DNA of 56,845 nt, filler included, from Dugesia japonica (GCA_001938525.1; 5 parts of 5 records of this genome joined end to end with filler, not necessarily neighbours in it); one strand, 5' to 3'; counted from the first letter of the whole stretch, positions 43,785 through 56,700 are shown. Notes: generated by a model not told the origin, from the letters alone. Numbers and translations: made by a program.

Positions 43785-44426
43785 ATGGAAGCAATTAGAT
43801 TTATAAAAGTAAACGAGCTTCTATCAATTAACTAATAAAAGAACATGGACACCTTGAATGGATACCTTAAAAAACTAACATAAATTCAAAAGAAATCTTC
43901 GTTTGGAGGAATAATCGGAACTTCTTTTGCGAAACAAAAATGAACCGTAGTGGTNNNNNNNNNNNNNNNNNNNNNNNNNNNNNNNNNNNNNNNNNNNNNN
44001 NNNNNNNNNNNNNNNNNNNNNNNNNNNNNNNNNNNNNNNNNNNNNNNNNNNNNNNNNNNNNNNNNNNNNNNNNNNNNNNNNNNNNNNNNNNNNTACTGGT
44101 GAAACAATTACGGCAGAAACGTATTGTGATTAAATCGATTAAATGAACAAGAAACTGAAGCTGGGTTATTCGGCATTCGTCAACAGAAAGAAACCACTTT
44201 TTCTCCATGACAACCTTAGGTCACATATTGCGCAATCTACACTACAAAAATTAAACCAGTGAGACTATAAAATGTTTCCTCACCTGGCATACTTATCAGA
44301 CTACTCGTCTAATGATTACTTTTCCTATAAACATTTGGACAAGTTCTTAGACGGAAAAATCGTCAGCAATCAAGATGCTGTCAATAATGCCTCCGAAAAT
44401 TTGGTGCATTTCTATTCAATTTGGAT
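43785..44426 (+). mobile_element. mariner transposase remnant (C-terminal half)
   Basis: GETITAETYC, FLHDNLRSH, HLAYLSDYSSNDY resemble HDNARPH and YSPDLAPSDY. Confidence 0.85.
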
Positions 44427-44526
44427 NNNNNNNNNNNNNNNNNNNNNNNNNNNNNNNNNNNNNNNNNNNNTTAATTAATTAANNNNNNNNNNNNNNNNNN
44501 NNNNNNNNNNNNNNNNNNNNNNNNNN
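44427..44526. other. Artificial scaffold-joining spacer
   Basis: N44 + TTAATTAATTAA + N44. Confidence 0.95.
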
Positions 44527-44934
44527 CAAGATGTAACAAGCAAAATGAAGTTTCCTATCGGTAAACCTTCTCAATTTGTTGACAAAGGTGGGAAATATAC
44601 GTTAATATTCTTTAAATCAGGAAATTGTCGAAAATTGGAATGTAAAAAACCGTTGGAAATGGAAAAATTACAGTATGATATTAAATATATTCGTTTGCAA
44701 TCATAAACAATTGTAATCAATTTGGGAAAAGTTATTAATTTGTATAAATTAGCAAAAGTGACACAATGTTGGTTTGGACCAGAATTGTTCCCTGTATTAC
44801 GACTTACAATGTATGATCCTGTATGTGTTAACGTATTTTCATCGGGAAAAATTGTAATACTCGGTATAAAGACACTACACTATCAAGGATATGTAGATAA
44901 TATCATTTCTGATTTATATAATTTATTTGTTTAA
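44527..44934 (+). pseudogene. TBP-fold gene, copy 2 (5' end cut by scaffold start; one in-frame TAA)
   Basis: KYTLIFFKSGNCR...IRLQS*TIVINLGKVINLYKLA...CWFGPELFPVLRL...VNVFSSGKIVILGIK; colinear with 3715-4191. Confidence 0.85.
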
Positions 44935-45092
44935 TTTTGCAACATGAATGCACAATAATGCAATATGAATGCAAGTATATGAAGGCATTTTCATGTTTGA
45001 TAATTGCATGTTTTTCATTGTTCAATTTGTGTTAAACAGAAAATTTTATATAACACATTACATTTGTCATCTTAATCAGTGGTTATTTAAAA

Positions 45093-45324
45093 ATGAATCC
45101 AATTCAAGTAGAACCTCTTAGAAAGATTTGCATCGAATCGGCGGAGTCAGATGGCTAAGAAGATCTGATTCATGAAACGAGTAAATGTTAATTTGATTTT
45201 TATTCATAATTTATAATTTTCATTTCTAGATATTATCGCGCTGATTCTTTTTAGAAAGAAACTAGTTTTGGCAAAAGAAGAATTACAATTCGTGTTATCG
45301 AAATTCTACAAGAAGATTTACTAA
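45093..45324 (+). pseudogene. Small two-exon ORF (intron 45181-45229), one premature stop
   Basis: MNPIQVEPLRKICIESAESDG*EDLIHET|NIIALILFRKKLVLAKEELQFVLSKFYKKIY*; 49-nt GTAAAT...TTCTAG intron keeps frame. Confidence 0.45.
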
Positions 45325-45768
45325 CACCTTGCTTGTGAGTGTTATAGGTGTAGGTATAGGTATGTGTGTTATTATGTGTTAGGTATTTTATAGGTGTGTT
45401 ATAGGTGAAAATAATCCTCAATATGTAAATTTTAGTTAGTAAAAATTGTTTTTTTTTACTTTGTTATTATTATTATTTAATAAAGTTTTAATTGTCATAA
45501 AGGTTTTTTTTATGAATAATTTATTTGTTCAAAGTTTTATTTAATTTGGAAATTATTACTTGAAAGTTAGTTTTATTGTTTGTCATTTACTTAATTTTTT
45601 ATTATTAAGACTTGTTTTTATAAATAGATAATGAATTATTATACTTATTTAACAGAGTTTTTTATAATTTAGAAATAAGTTTCTATATATTTAATTTGTT
45701 TGCTAAATATTACTATAAGAGTTAATAAAAGAGACAAATAAATAACAATTATTTTAATAATAAAAAAT

Positions 45769-46165
45769 TTACAAAATGTCTCGAATTTTCCAAATTGGAG
45801 AGTTAACTTTTTTATTAATTAAGTTAAGATTCTTTCCATTTTTCTTGACTCCTTGTATTTCCACCTGTATCATATATTGTTTAGATTTTTCGAATACAGT
45901 CGATTTTGCATCATTATAATTGATAAAAACTGTATCCTTTATTGTAATTGTTGGTTCTATTCTTTTGAATAATAAATTCAAAGTATTCATGTCTTTCGAA
46001 CCGATATCGGATATCACCAAACTATAGGTAGATCGTTTTATCTTCACAGGTTCCTAAATGAAAATATTAAATAATTAAATAAAATAAATACAATTACTTG
46101 AAACATATATACTATTGAACTCTTGGGGAATTTCATTTTGATTCCATGAAATTCTGAAGGTTTTC
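45769..46165 (-). CDS. Spliced ORF of unknown function (intron 46054-46097), 5' end in gap
   Basis: KPSEFHGIKMKFPKSSIVYMFQ|EPVKIKRSTYSLVI...YMIQVEIQGVKKNGKNLNLI; 44-nt GTAATT...TTTAG phase-0 intron joins two open frames. Confidence 0.5.
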
Positions 46166-46532
46166 NNNNNNNNNNNNNNNNNNNNNNNNNNNNNNNNNNN
46201 NNNNNNNNNNNNNNNNNNNNNNNNNNNNNNNNNNNNNNNNNNNNNNNNNNNNNNNNNNNNNNNNNNNNNNNNNNNNATAGTCTGCGTTGAAAAACATTAA
46301 ATGAATAGTTTGTATGTATTGCTTTTTATTGGTTGAAATTGTGTTACTTTTATCATGTTTTGATTGGTTTTTCTGTGTTTAAACAATATAAGTGCAATAC
46401 AAATGCAATTCCGTTGCCAGTTAAACAAAGCAAATACATTTTGATGATTGATTGAATTTAATTGGTTAGGTTGGGTTACAACAAATTTGTATAAAAAAAC
46501 AATTTATTTTACCGTTTCCATATAATTTCAAA

Positions 46533-46960
46533 ATGATTTTAAGAAATGGAGAAGAAATATCTGAACGAGGTAAAGTTTTATTATTAGTTATTTATTTATT
46601 CTTTTTTTCCAGATCTTACAAGAAGAATAATAAATGAAATGCATTCAGAATGCGAGAGAAAATTCAAACTGTTGGAAGCAGAAGAATATTGGGACTACGT
46701 TCTGGAAAGAGTTGATTGATATCAAGAGAGTTTTAGACCTTTTCAAAAACAAATTTGAAATATTATCAATGTGTGGAACCAATCCATGTCCATACTGGGT
46801 AATGCGGGACGTTATTTTAGAAAGANNNNNNNNNNNNNNNNNNNNNNNNNNNNNNNNNNNNNNNNNNNNNNNNNNTGTGTGGAACCAATCCATGTCCATA
46901 CTGGGTAATGCGGGACGTTATTTTAGAAAGATTTCCATGAATTTGGTTTTTTTGTTGTAA
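46533..46960 (+). pseudogene. Small two-exon ORF (intron 46570-46612), premature stops
   Basis: MILRNGEEISER|DLTRRIINEMHSECERKFKLLEAEEYWDYVLERVD*...; strong G|GTAAAG donor and TTTTTTCCAG acceptor. Confidence 0.5.
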
Positions 46961-47057
46961 TAAGTTGTAGTTTGTTATTAAATAAATGTTCACTTAAACT
47001 AACTGTTATTACTAAAAAAATAATTTTAAAAAAAATTCTGTGTATTGGGGGTCAATC

Positions 47058-47320
47058 ATAAAAACGATCTATAAAAACGATGACTCACCTTGATCTATAA
47101 AAACGATGGCTCGCCCTGATATATAAAAAGATGAGTCATCATTATAACTCATACCTATGAGTCATTGTTCTTGTTTCAGACATTGATGAGTCATGCATTT
47201 GAATCATTCTGATCTATAAAAACGATGGCTCGTTATTATGACTCATACTTATGACTCAGTGCCTTTGTTCAAGTGATCGATTAATCATACTTATGACTCA
47301 TTGTCTTTCTTATAAAAGTT
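47058..47320 (+). promoter_or_regulatory. Array of TATAAAA boxes and AP-1-consensus sites built on a 26-bp unit
   Basis: TATAAAA at 47070, 47096, 47122, 47215, 47311; TGA(C/G)TCA at 47081, 47132, 47158, 47187, 47239, 47252, 47294. Motifs are seen directly; function is inferred. Confidence 0.6.
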
Positions 47321-48199
47321 CTTTGTCTAGGCAGGGGGTGATTCAGTGCACCACAGTCTACCTACCTAAATGAGTTATAAGATGATGATAAAGAGCATCT
47401 TTTATTAATAAGCGACAATATTCTATAAGTGTAAGAGAACAAGTGAGATAAAGTGAGATGAAGTGAGATGTTGGAAATTTAAAAGAACATTTCTAAAATC
47501 ATAGAAAATTACTAGAACTTTTTAAAATCATTGAAAATTTACATGAACTGTTTTAAAACTAGTCAGAATTTACATAAGCTTATCGTTAATAATGATTCTA
47601 ATACTGTCAAGTGACAATCTAGTAATTGTCCACTCAATCAATTGTTCTTTGATTGTACTATCAATCAAATCAAACTTTTATCTGTATTAATACTGATATT
47701 TCCAAATTTTTAATGACTTTATGGTCTAACACTAACAGCATTTTCTTACAGTTCAATAGTGGTTGGTTCGATTCTTATGATTGTCCATTTATTTAACACT
47801 TTGCTTTTCGGATTTTGTCAGTCTTATATAAAGTTTGTCTATTTTATAATATATTCAGAATCACCAAAACAAATTTTCTATCTAATAGATGCTTTGATGT
47901 TTAAATTTGAGTTACTTTTTATTTTTTCAAAATTTGATGGTTCGTCATTAGAAACTATAATTATCAACGAGAGCTACCTATATTAAGTACTTGTTTTTAA
48001 TTTATTTCATCAATAATAACTTTTGATGAATTTTAGTCGTATTAATAATGATATTTGAAGTATTTTTATTGGATGGATGGTTCAGTGTTAAGAACTTTCT
48101 TTTGCAACTCATCAGTGGTGGGTTCAAATACAATAAATGAGCATTAATTTACATTTTGCTTTTTGAATTTATACGATTTTTATATAGGTCTATTAATTA

Positions 48200-48960
48200 T
48201 ATATGAAAAGTTCTTAGGTAATTTATTTATTATGGAAAAATGTTTTATAGAAAAATGTCTTAGCTAAATTTTTATTTCATAAAGAATATTTACTTATAAG
48301 TTTTTTATATAGGTTTATTAATAACTAATATGCTTTTATGGAAAAATGTTCTAACTAACATGTTTTTTTAAAGAAACACGTCATAGGTAATATTTTTTTT
48401 ATAGACAAATGTTCTAGTTAATATATTTTTTAGGAAAAATGTCCTAGCTAATATGTTTTTTAATGGAAGAATATTCTAACTAATATGTTTTTTGCGAGAA
48501 AATAAAAATATCTTATGAGTATTTTTAAATGAAAATTATTGACTAGTAAAATTCGGTAATTGAAAATCACGAAGGACACACAAAAGATTTGTCACATGTC
48601 ATATACTACATATTAGATCATCAACTGCATGACCTTTAAAATTAATGCACACACCTAATATGAAAAGTTCCTAGCTAATATGATTTATTATGGAAAAATG
48701 TTCTAACTAATATGTTTTTTATAGAAAAATGTCATAGCTAATATGTTTTTTGATGAAAAATGCCACTACTAATATATTTTTTATTGAAATTTACCTAGCT
48801 TATATATTTTTTTAAAGATAAATGTTCTATCTTATATGCTTTTTATAGAAACATGACATAGCTAATGTCTTTTTTCATAGAAAAATGCGTAAGCTAATAT
48901 GTTTTTTTATGAAAGAATGTCACTAGTAATGTGTTTTTTATAAATAAAATTCTATGTTTT
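48200..48960. repeat. Degenerate tandem array of an about 33-bp unit (TATGGAAAAATGTTCTAACTAATATGTTTTTT)
   Basis: Many head-to-tail copies; the same unit recurs at about 50930-51050 and 52588-52670. Confidence 0.85.
48498..48658 (-). mobile_element. Solo mariner 5' end, copy of about 52427-52587
   Basis: High similarity over about 160 bp including TIR TTAGGTGTGTGCATTAATTTTAAAGGTC. Confidence 0.8.
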
Positions 48961-49680
48961 TATCATTTTGTAAATAAAAGGTTTAATTTGAATATTTTAT
49001 CATGTAAATATCTCAGACTCCTCTTTTTGGTTATTTTTATTAGATATAATTAATAATAGAAATATCTCAATGACTTTTAAGTTTTAAAATAGTTATATTT
49101 TATCATTTAAATATCTCAGCCTCTCCTGTTTGAATATTTTATCATGTTAATTAAATTTAATTAGTTTAAATTAACTTATTTAAATTTAAGACTGCCTAGG
49201 ACAAAACTATCAGAGATTTGAATAAAATTACTTTAGATTTGTTTAATTTGTTAGAAAAAATTAGAGAATTCGCAACACGGTTGCCAAACAAGTACAATTC
49301 TTTACAATCAAAAACCCTATACACCTATTAACACTATACACTAACAAACCTTATACACTCAAAACATATTTAGTTATATAGTATTTATACAGCAATTTTA
49401 AGAAATATATATGAAAATGTTCCACACTCATAAACCATATAATATACGGTTACTATGTAAACATTACAAGGAAACTATGCTAATAATACATTTATTAACC
49501 TTTTTAAATAAGGTACTCATAAACCCTATACACTCATAAACCCTAAACACTCATAAACCTCATAGATTTATAAAAATATTTGCTTACATAGACTTATAAG
49601 GTATTAATACAGTAATATTAAGTTATATATATGTGTGTGTGTGAAAATGTTTCACACTTATAAACTCTATAGTATAGTAT

Positions 49681-50911
49681 AGAGAGCTCTTGAGCCACAG
49701 GTGGCTTTTTTAATCATATTTTGTTGCACTTAAGTGATATTGAAAAATTTAAAAGTTTACTATTTTTTCTAGTGATTTTATTTTTTACTGTTTAAAAATA
49801 GAAAAACTAGTAAAATATAGTAAAAAATGAAATTTTAAAGTGTTATTCAATTTATTTAAATATATACAGGAAGTTCCAATTTAAGGTTACATTTTAAATT
49901 TAAATCCATTTATTTCTGTTTTGTTTTAATTAATTATTAATTGTTGAATAAGCAATAGTAATTCATGCGGTTTTTTAAAATGAATCGTTATACCATTGAA
50001 CAAAGAGTATTTATGGTAAAAATTATTTTAAATACGGCGGAAGGTATGCCAAAATTCGCAGAAAATTTAAGTTCGAATATGGAAGAGAAAGTTGTCCGTC
50101 ACATGTGACAATTCAAAAGGTTTTCAAATAACTTATAAAAAGTAACTCGATACAAGATGAATGACGCCAAAAATATCATAAAAGTGGTCGCTAGAAAACA
50201 AATATTTCAGGTGTAAGCTGTAGTGTGAGTAAGAAAACAAAAACGTCAATCCGTCGTCGTTCACAACAACTATTCATTCCAAGAACGTTATTCAAAGTTT
50301 TGCACGAGAATCTTCATTTTAAGGCATTCAAGATTCAAATAACTCAACAATTAAAGCCTGAAGACTTTGAAATACGCCGTAAATTTAGTAAATGAGACAT
50401 TTAAAATATGCATGAAAACGAGACATTTTTCCAAAAAGTGATCTTTAGCGACAAAGCATATTTTGAACTAGGAGGATTTGTGAACACACAGAATTGTAGA
50501 ATTTGGGGCAATGAAAACCTACATGAAATACTAGAAAAACAATTCCATTCACCAAAGGTAAATGTTTGGTGTGGTTTTAGGGCGGGTGGTGTTATCGGTC
50601 CTTATTCTTTTGAGAATGAACCTGGTATATCTGTAAAAAATGGGTGTTTGCTATGCAGCAGCAGGAGGTTACTAGCATGACATTATTTTTCATTATGAAA
50701 CCGCAATATATTTACTATCATTGTAAATAAATATATTGCTACATTTCATATTTTTAGGTTCTTTTATTGAAAATTTAAAATGTAACCTTAAATTGGAACA
50801 CTCTGTATTTAGTAATAATACAAAATTTCACATCTTGAATTTTAATTGTGGCTCTCGAAAAAAAATAATTCAATTATTGGCTCTTTACTTTATTAATTTT
50901 GCCCACCTCTG
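49681..50911. mobile_element. hAT MITE split by the rosa-like insertion
   Basis: GAGCCACAGGTGGCT left subterminus; TGTGGCTCT...TTTGCCCACCTCTG right end. Confidence 0.6.
49867..50805 (+). mobile_element. Tc1/mariner rosa (DD41D)-like element, internally deleted
   Basis: TA|CAGG..GTTCCAATTTAAGGTTACATTTTAAATTT TIR mirrored at about 50771-50805|TA; MNRYTIEQRVFMV...FSDKAYF.LGGFVNTQNCRIWG...KVNVWCG...IGPYSFE. Confidence 0.88.
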
Positions 50912-51849
50912 CTCTATACATTCATAAAAAAAATTTACTTATAAGTTCTTAAATGGGTTTATTAGTTATATATAAAAATGTTCCATGCTTTTATAATTTT
51001 TAAAAGAAAAGTTCCTAGCTACTATATTTTTTATGAAAAAGTTTTGTTTTTATAATTTTGAAATGAAATATTTTAATTTGAATATTTTATCATGTTAATT
51101 AATTTTAATTAATTAATTAATTTTAATAATTTAATTTTAATTAATTAATTTTAATTAACTTATTCAAATTTTAAACTTTCCAATATCTTGCAATAATATC
51201 AAGAATTATCCACTGTAATAAATTATTTTTGTAAAAAGGAGTTTTTTTAACTAAAATTATTAATATTGTAATAGAAATGAAACACAGTTTCAACATCCAA
51301 AAAAATCAAGTGTCTGGGAATTTTTTAAACTACTCAAACAACTAAAATATAACAATAATCTGTGGTAACAATGTAAATAATGCAAAGTAACTATGTAAAT
51401 TAATAAATGGTAACTATGTAAATTAATAAATGGTAACTAATAATAAATTAATTTTTAAGAATTTAAATTCATATTACCATAATTATAATAATTAGAAGTA
51501 TGATAATATCAAATTAAATAATCAATAAATATATTGAATTTTTAATTTCATATTATCATAATTATAATAATGATTAATATTTTTAATTTCAAATACATTT
51601 ATGGTATTGAAATTAAAAAATCAATAGATATATTGATTTTTAAATTTTATTTATACTTAATTGTATTTAAAATTAAAAAATAAGAATAAAAATGAAGAAT
51701 TAAAAAATGGTGAGTTTTTTTCTTATGTATGTTAAATGTTTTATTTTTTATATGATTAATTTAAATTATATTTTTAAATGTTAATTTAATATAAAGTTAG
51801 ATAAATAAAAGGTTCCATTATTATAGGGTCAATGTTATTACACAACATT

Positions 51850-52587
51850 AGTTTGGCACCATTGATATTTGGTTTGGCAATAGACTTTGATGGTTCTCCC
51901 GGTCTGCACCATGATTTTCTGATCTTCGGGTTGTCAAATCGTACTTATTTTTCGTCACCTGTGAGGATACGATGTAAAATGTTTTTTCTTTGATGCCTTC
52001 GAAGCAGTAATTTACATATGAATTTACGCCTTTCCACGTCTCTGGACTTTAATTCATAGGGTAGCCAATTTCCTTGTTTTTGTATCATTCCAATTGAATT
52101 CAGGCATCTAGAAATTGTGGTTCGACTGACATCTAATGATTTCGCAAGTTCTTCCTGCTTTGGGTCTTGATTGACTAAAGCCTCCAATTCCATGTCATTC
52201 ACTTTTGAAAGTTGTCCCGGACGTATCTTATCCTCAGTATCAAAATCACCACTTCTTAAGCGGCGAAATAAGTATTCGCATGTTAAAATCGATGAGCTAT
52301 ATTCGTGATAGGCTACTGACAGCATTTGGTGACATTCCCCAGCGCTTTTTTTTCAAATGAAAGCCAAAAAGCAAAGCTTCCTGCAAATAGCGTTTTGTTG
52401 TGAAAAAAGTTGACATTTTGTTTGCTAAAAATAAAACTATCTTATGAGTATTTTTAAATTAAAATTATTGATTAGTATAATTTGGTAATTAGAAATCACG
52501 AGGAATACACAAAAGATTTGTCACATGTCATATACTGTGTATTACATCATCAACTGTATGACCTTTAAAATTAATGCACACACCTAA
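51850..52587 (-). mobile_element. mariner (Mos1-like) 5' half
   Basis: TIR then TA at 52588; ORF 51945-52325 with RSGDFDTED..RPGQ, WLPYEL, ILTGDEK. Confidence 0.9.
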
Positions 52588-53149
52588 TATGAAAAGTTCT
52601 TAGCTGATATGATTTATTATGGAAAAGTACCTAGCTAATATGTATTTATTATGGGAAAATGTTCTAACTAACCGGATGGAAACACTGCTACCGGAGATGC
52701 ACATCTTGAAAATCGAGCTTAGTCTAATTAGAACTACACAAGCTGGTTGATAAGTTTATTTATGAATTAATGAAAATTATTAATGAAAATTAATATTATT
52801 AATATTAATGAAAATTAATATGCATATATTTTTATCTTTCGTTTCTCGCCGTGGTCTACAGATGTCAACAAATATCACCTCAAATGGTTCAAAAGCTTCA
52901 GAAATCATTGTATCCTCTTTGGTTCATTGAATTTTGATTGCTTTCTGGTATTAGAAACACGCCCTTATCAACTCTTTTGTTTTTTCTGTCAAACAATCCC
53001 CCACATATATAGTGCATTTATAGGTTATATCGACAAAGTTGATCGTTTTTAAATTTTAAATATTTATAAATATTTTAAATTAAAATTGCATAACTTTAAA
53101 TCTATGTTTTATAAATTAATTTCAGATTATTAAAGAATGCTCAAATATT

Positions 53150-53750
53150 AAAATGTATTTCTTAATTGAAACCCTCAGACGTAACAACATGAAGCTTGGT
53201 GAGTTTTATGAGATCCGCCATAAAGCATGACCGAAGGAATTTATAAGTGTTATTCAAATTAGAAGACTTATGAGACAATTGCATACTGGAAAAGATAAAC
53301 ATTTCAGCGCCAGAAAGTAAGTGGAAGAAGAAAAAGAGATGAATGTTTACTTAACATTGATAATATTAAAAGGTATATAGAATATGGTAATATGACTATT
53401 GATAAAATACCCGAATATTTGCAAGTAACCCGTTCATGGGTCAACGTGTAGTTCAAGAAGACCTAGAGGTTTTATGATATCAATTAAAATGACTACCTAA
53501 TGTTCTTACAGATTTCAAAAATGCTCTTCGGATTGATCGGTGTAATGAATTAATTATTTTATTACAAAAAAGTTGTGTAGACTAAATCTTGTAACTGTTG
53601 TTGAAAAATTGGTACTTGGCTAACCGAAATCGTTGTTGCTAGTGGGTATGGTTCTTCTTAGACCTTTGTCAGATCAACGATGAAAATAAATACATGGTCA
53701 TTATTGCTATTTTACAAAGAGGGGTTCTTATATACCATTTATCCTTAATG
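53150..53750 (+). mobile_element. Highly decayed mariner-like transposase
   Basis: K*LPNVLTDFKNALRIDRC resembles WVPHxLT...R...C; NLVTVVEK resembles IVTGDE. Confidence 0.5.
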
Positions 53751-56700
53751 CACCGTGAATTTCATCTCCATTATAAACTATCTCCATTCTATTCTATACT
53801 TTCTGCCAAAGTTCTCCATCTTCAATCTGCCTGCCTAAATTTGCCTCTAAATTACGAATATAACTTTCCTTATACAACTTTTGACGATGCTCTTTTTTTG
53901 TTTTAGTTTAAACCTAAATATATTCAAAAATGAATGTAATAGATGATCTGATTATATATATTTATATATAGTTTATTGAGTGTATTGAATTAAATTAATA
54001 GATCGGTGGTTTGTTTTAATTGATTTAAGCGTGTTTGCAAGTAAATATTAGCGTAATTTATAAATTAATTGTTGAATAGATGAAGTCGAATTAAATATTG
54101 ATTAAATATATTGTAGTATAATTAATTGGTTTGCAAAGTTAATTGGACGGGTTTAAGCTGACAAAGTATAAAATTGGTGAGTAAATAGAGTAAATTAATA
54201 ATGTTAATAGTGTGGTTAGATAGGATAAATTTAGTAAATAAAGTATGTGAATGAAACATTTCCTATATTTGTATCAAAAATCTGGATATATTTGTATGAG
54301 ATTACCTTATGCTTTTCATATTTGTACAAACCACTAAATTCTAGTAAAAATTAACATCTATTTAGAATTGCATAAAATTAGTATATGTATTATTAAAATT
54401 TATTGCTTATTCTAATGAAATCTATATTTGACATGATTAAAATATTAGTTTCCATGTTAAAACTAATATTTTCCACAGTAAAACTCTTATTTTCTATGAT
54501 GAATTATGTATTTCCATGCTGAGATGTCTATTTTCTCCTATGAATATTAGAATGATTACTCGGTTTGAATGATTGGTTAAATCCATTCAGGTATCTTCTT
54601 ATACATGTGCAATATAAGTATAATATTAGTGCAATGTGATTGCGATATGAATACAATACATGCACACTGAAGAGTAATCATTATTTACTGTGTGAATTCT
54701 AATAGTTATAGGGGAAAATAGACCTAACGCGTGGCATGTAACGTAGCCACTATTCACGGTACATCGATTGACACATGATCGATTTATGACATTTGCTTAT
54801 TATTTAATGAAATCAAACATGAGTTAATAGTAGTTAATAAGTTACATAGCAAATTCTTCCAGGGGGATATTAGAATTTTTATGGCATGCAAGGTTTGTAT
54901 CACACATACACAAACTAACGAGTCTATTAAACCTAATACATTTATTAAACATAATAAATTATTAGTCATTGAATGATACAACAATTTGATAATAATAATA
55001 CCAGAATAATTTGAGAGTAACCTTCAAATTACTCTATTTAATATATAAAACTTCATTTGTATGTTTTTTAACATATTTACTGTAATTAAAATAAAATAGT
55101 TTAACATCAAATTTTTCAATACTGTGTTAGAACTGCGTGTGAGAAAGAAAATATGAAAACAAGGAAATCGTAAAATTGAAGAAATTTAAACATAAAATAT
55201 GTATATGGTAATTTTAGAAATAATGATTCTTTCATTAAATGAAGAAGTAGACAAATTTAAAGATTGTATTCATATATAATTTGTGACTTGCAGAATTCTG
55301 AAGATATAGTTTTCAATATTTAATCCAAAAGATCATGGTTTAACTGAAATGTGATGTAATAATGAGAATTTTATATATTTTATTATGTTTTTATATTATA
55401 CAAATTAACTATGTAAATAGGGCTGCCAACACCTACAAACTCGAACTTGGGACATTATAAAATTGAAATCTTTATAATTTATAATGCTTAACAAATATAT
55501 AAAATGGTTTTCATTTTTTTTGACACTTTTATTACTTACACATGATGGTAATGTGTGTGATTTTAACGATATCGTGACTAATACCAAAAAGATATAAACA
55601 AAACAATTATTTTTACATATTACAATTAAAACTTAAAAAATTGCCATTTATGAAAAATGGAAAAATCTTGTAAAAACGGAAAGACAATTGGATTATATCT
55701 CCCGAGTCAAAGATTACGTCAAGACGGGAAATGAAATCCAGTTCCAGAAGACTCCCGGTAAAAACGAGAGAGTTTTCAAGTCTAGATGTAAACATAAACT
55801 CTTAAACATTTATAGAAATATTCCAATCGGAAAAAAGAACTGCATTTTACTATACAATGTTTACAAAAAATTGAATACATTCAACATTAAATAGGGGTAA
55901 TTATGACAAGAATTTTTTTAATAATAATAATAATAATGAAGTGAAATAAAAAATAAAAACATTTGGAATAATTATCGTGACCTAAACAATACTAGGCTAC
56001 TTAGTGTTAAGTTCAATGATAACCCTACCAATAATATCATCATAATTTAAGATTAATACAATAATGGCAATTATAATAATAATAAAATAATGATAATAAT
56101 AATCATCCTGTTAAAAGGAGTATCAGATTTGCCCATGAAAACCAGATAAAAACTAAAAGGGATTATTAATAGAACAATAACAATTGAGTGGTAAAAACAG
56201 CTAATACAACAGTCATTTTAAGAACTATCACCATACGCGAGTTAATATCAGTGTAGTTAAATATAAGAATAAAAATTCTGTTAATGCCATCAAGGCTAAT
56301 AATAAATGACACTTTTAGATTCTAATAGTAATAAAAGTCACAACGTCCTTAATAAAGTTTGTTTCCCGAGGGGTTAGTGATATAACTACTAGTTTGGTTT
56401 CTGAATTTTAAACAACGAGAATAAGAGTGAAAATTTTATTAGCAAATACATTAATTTTAATATCCATAAAATAAAAATGACAAATTTTAAAACAAATTTA
56501 ACACTTACTAATTAATTTATTTCAACAATATACCGTTATTATTTTAATAATATTTTCTTGTTGTTTGATTATGTTTTATATTTTCTTTAATTATGGTTAT
56601 CTTTAATGGTCTTTCTATTGATTTTATTCATTTCTTATTTTGCTTTTGACCATCCGACCTTCTTCTACTTATTTACTTTCTGTTGTTATTCGCCTGGTAA

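Larger units (their letters stand above)
44527..47367. mobile_element. Right arm of a second Polinton-like element
   Basis: Shares the TBP-like gene with the capsid/ATPase/integrase element of scaffold 1. Followed by densely packed small ORFs, a repeat-rich subterminal block and a CTACCTACCT end. No core Polinton gene is present in this fragment. Confidence 0.6.
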
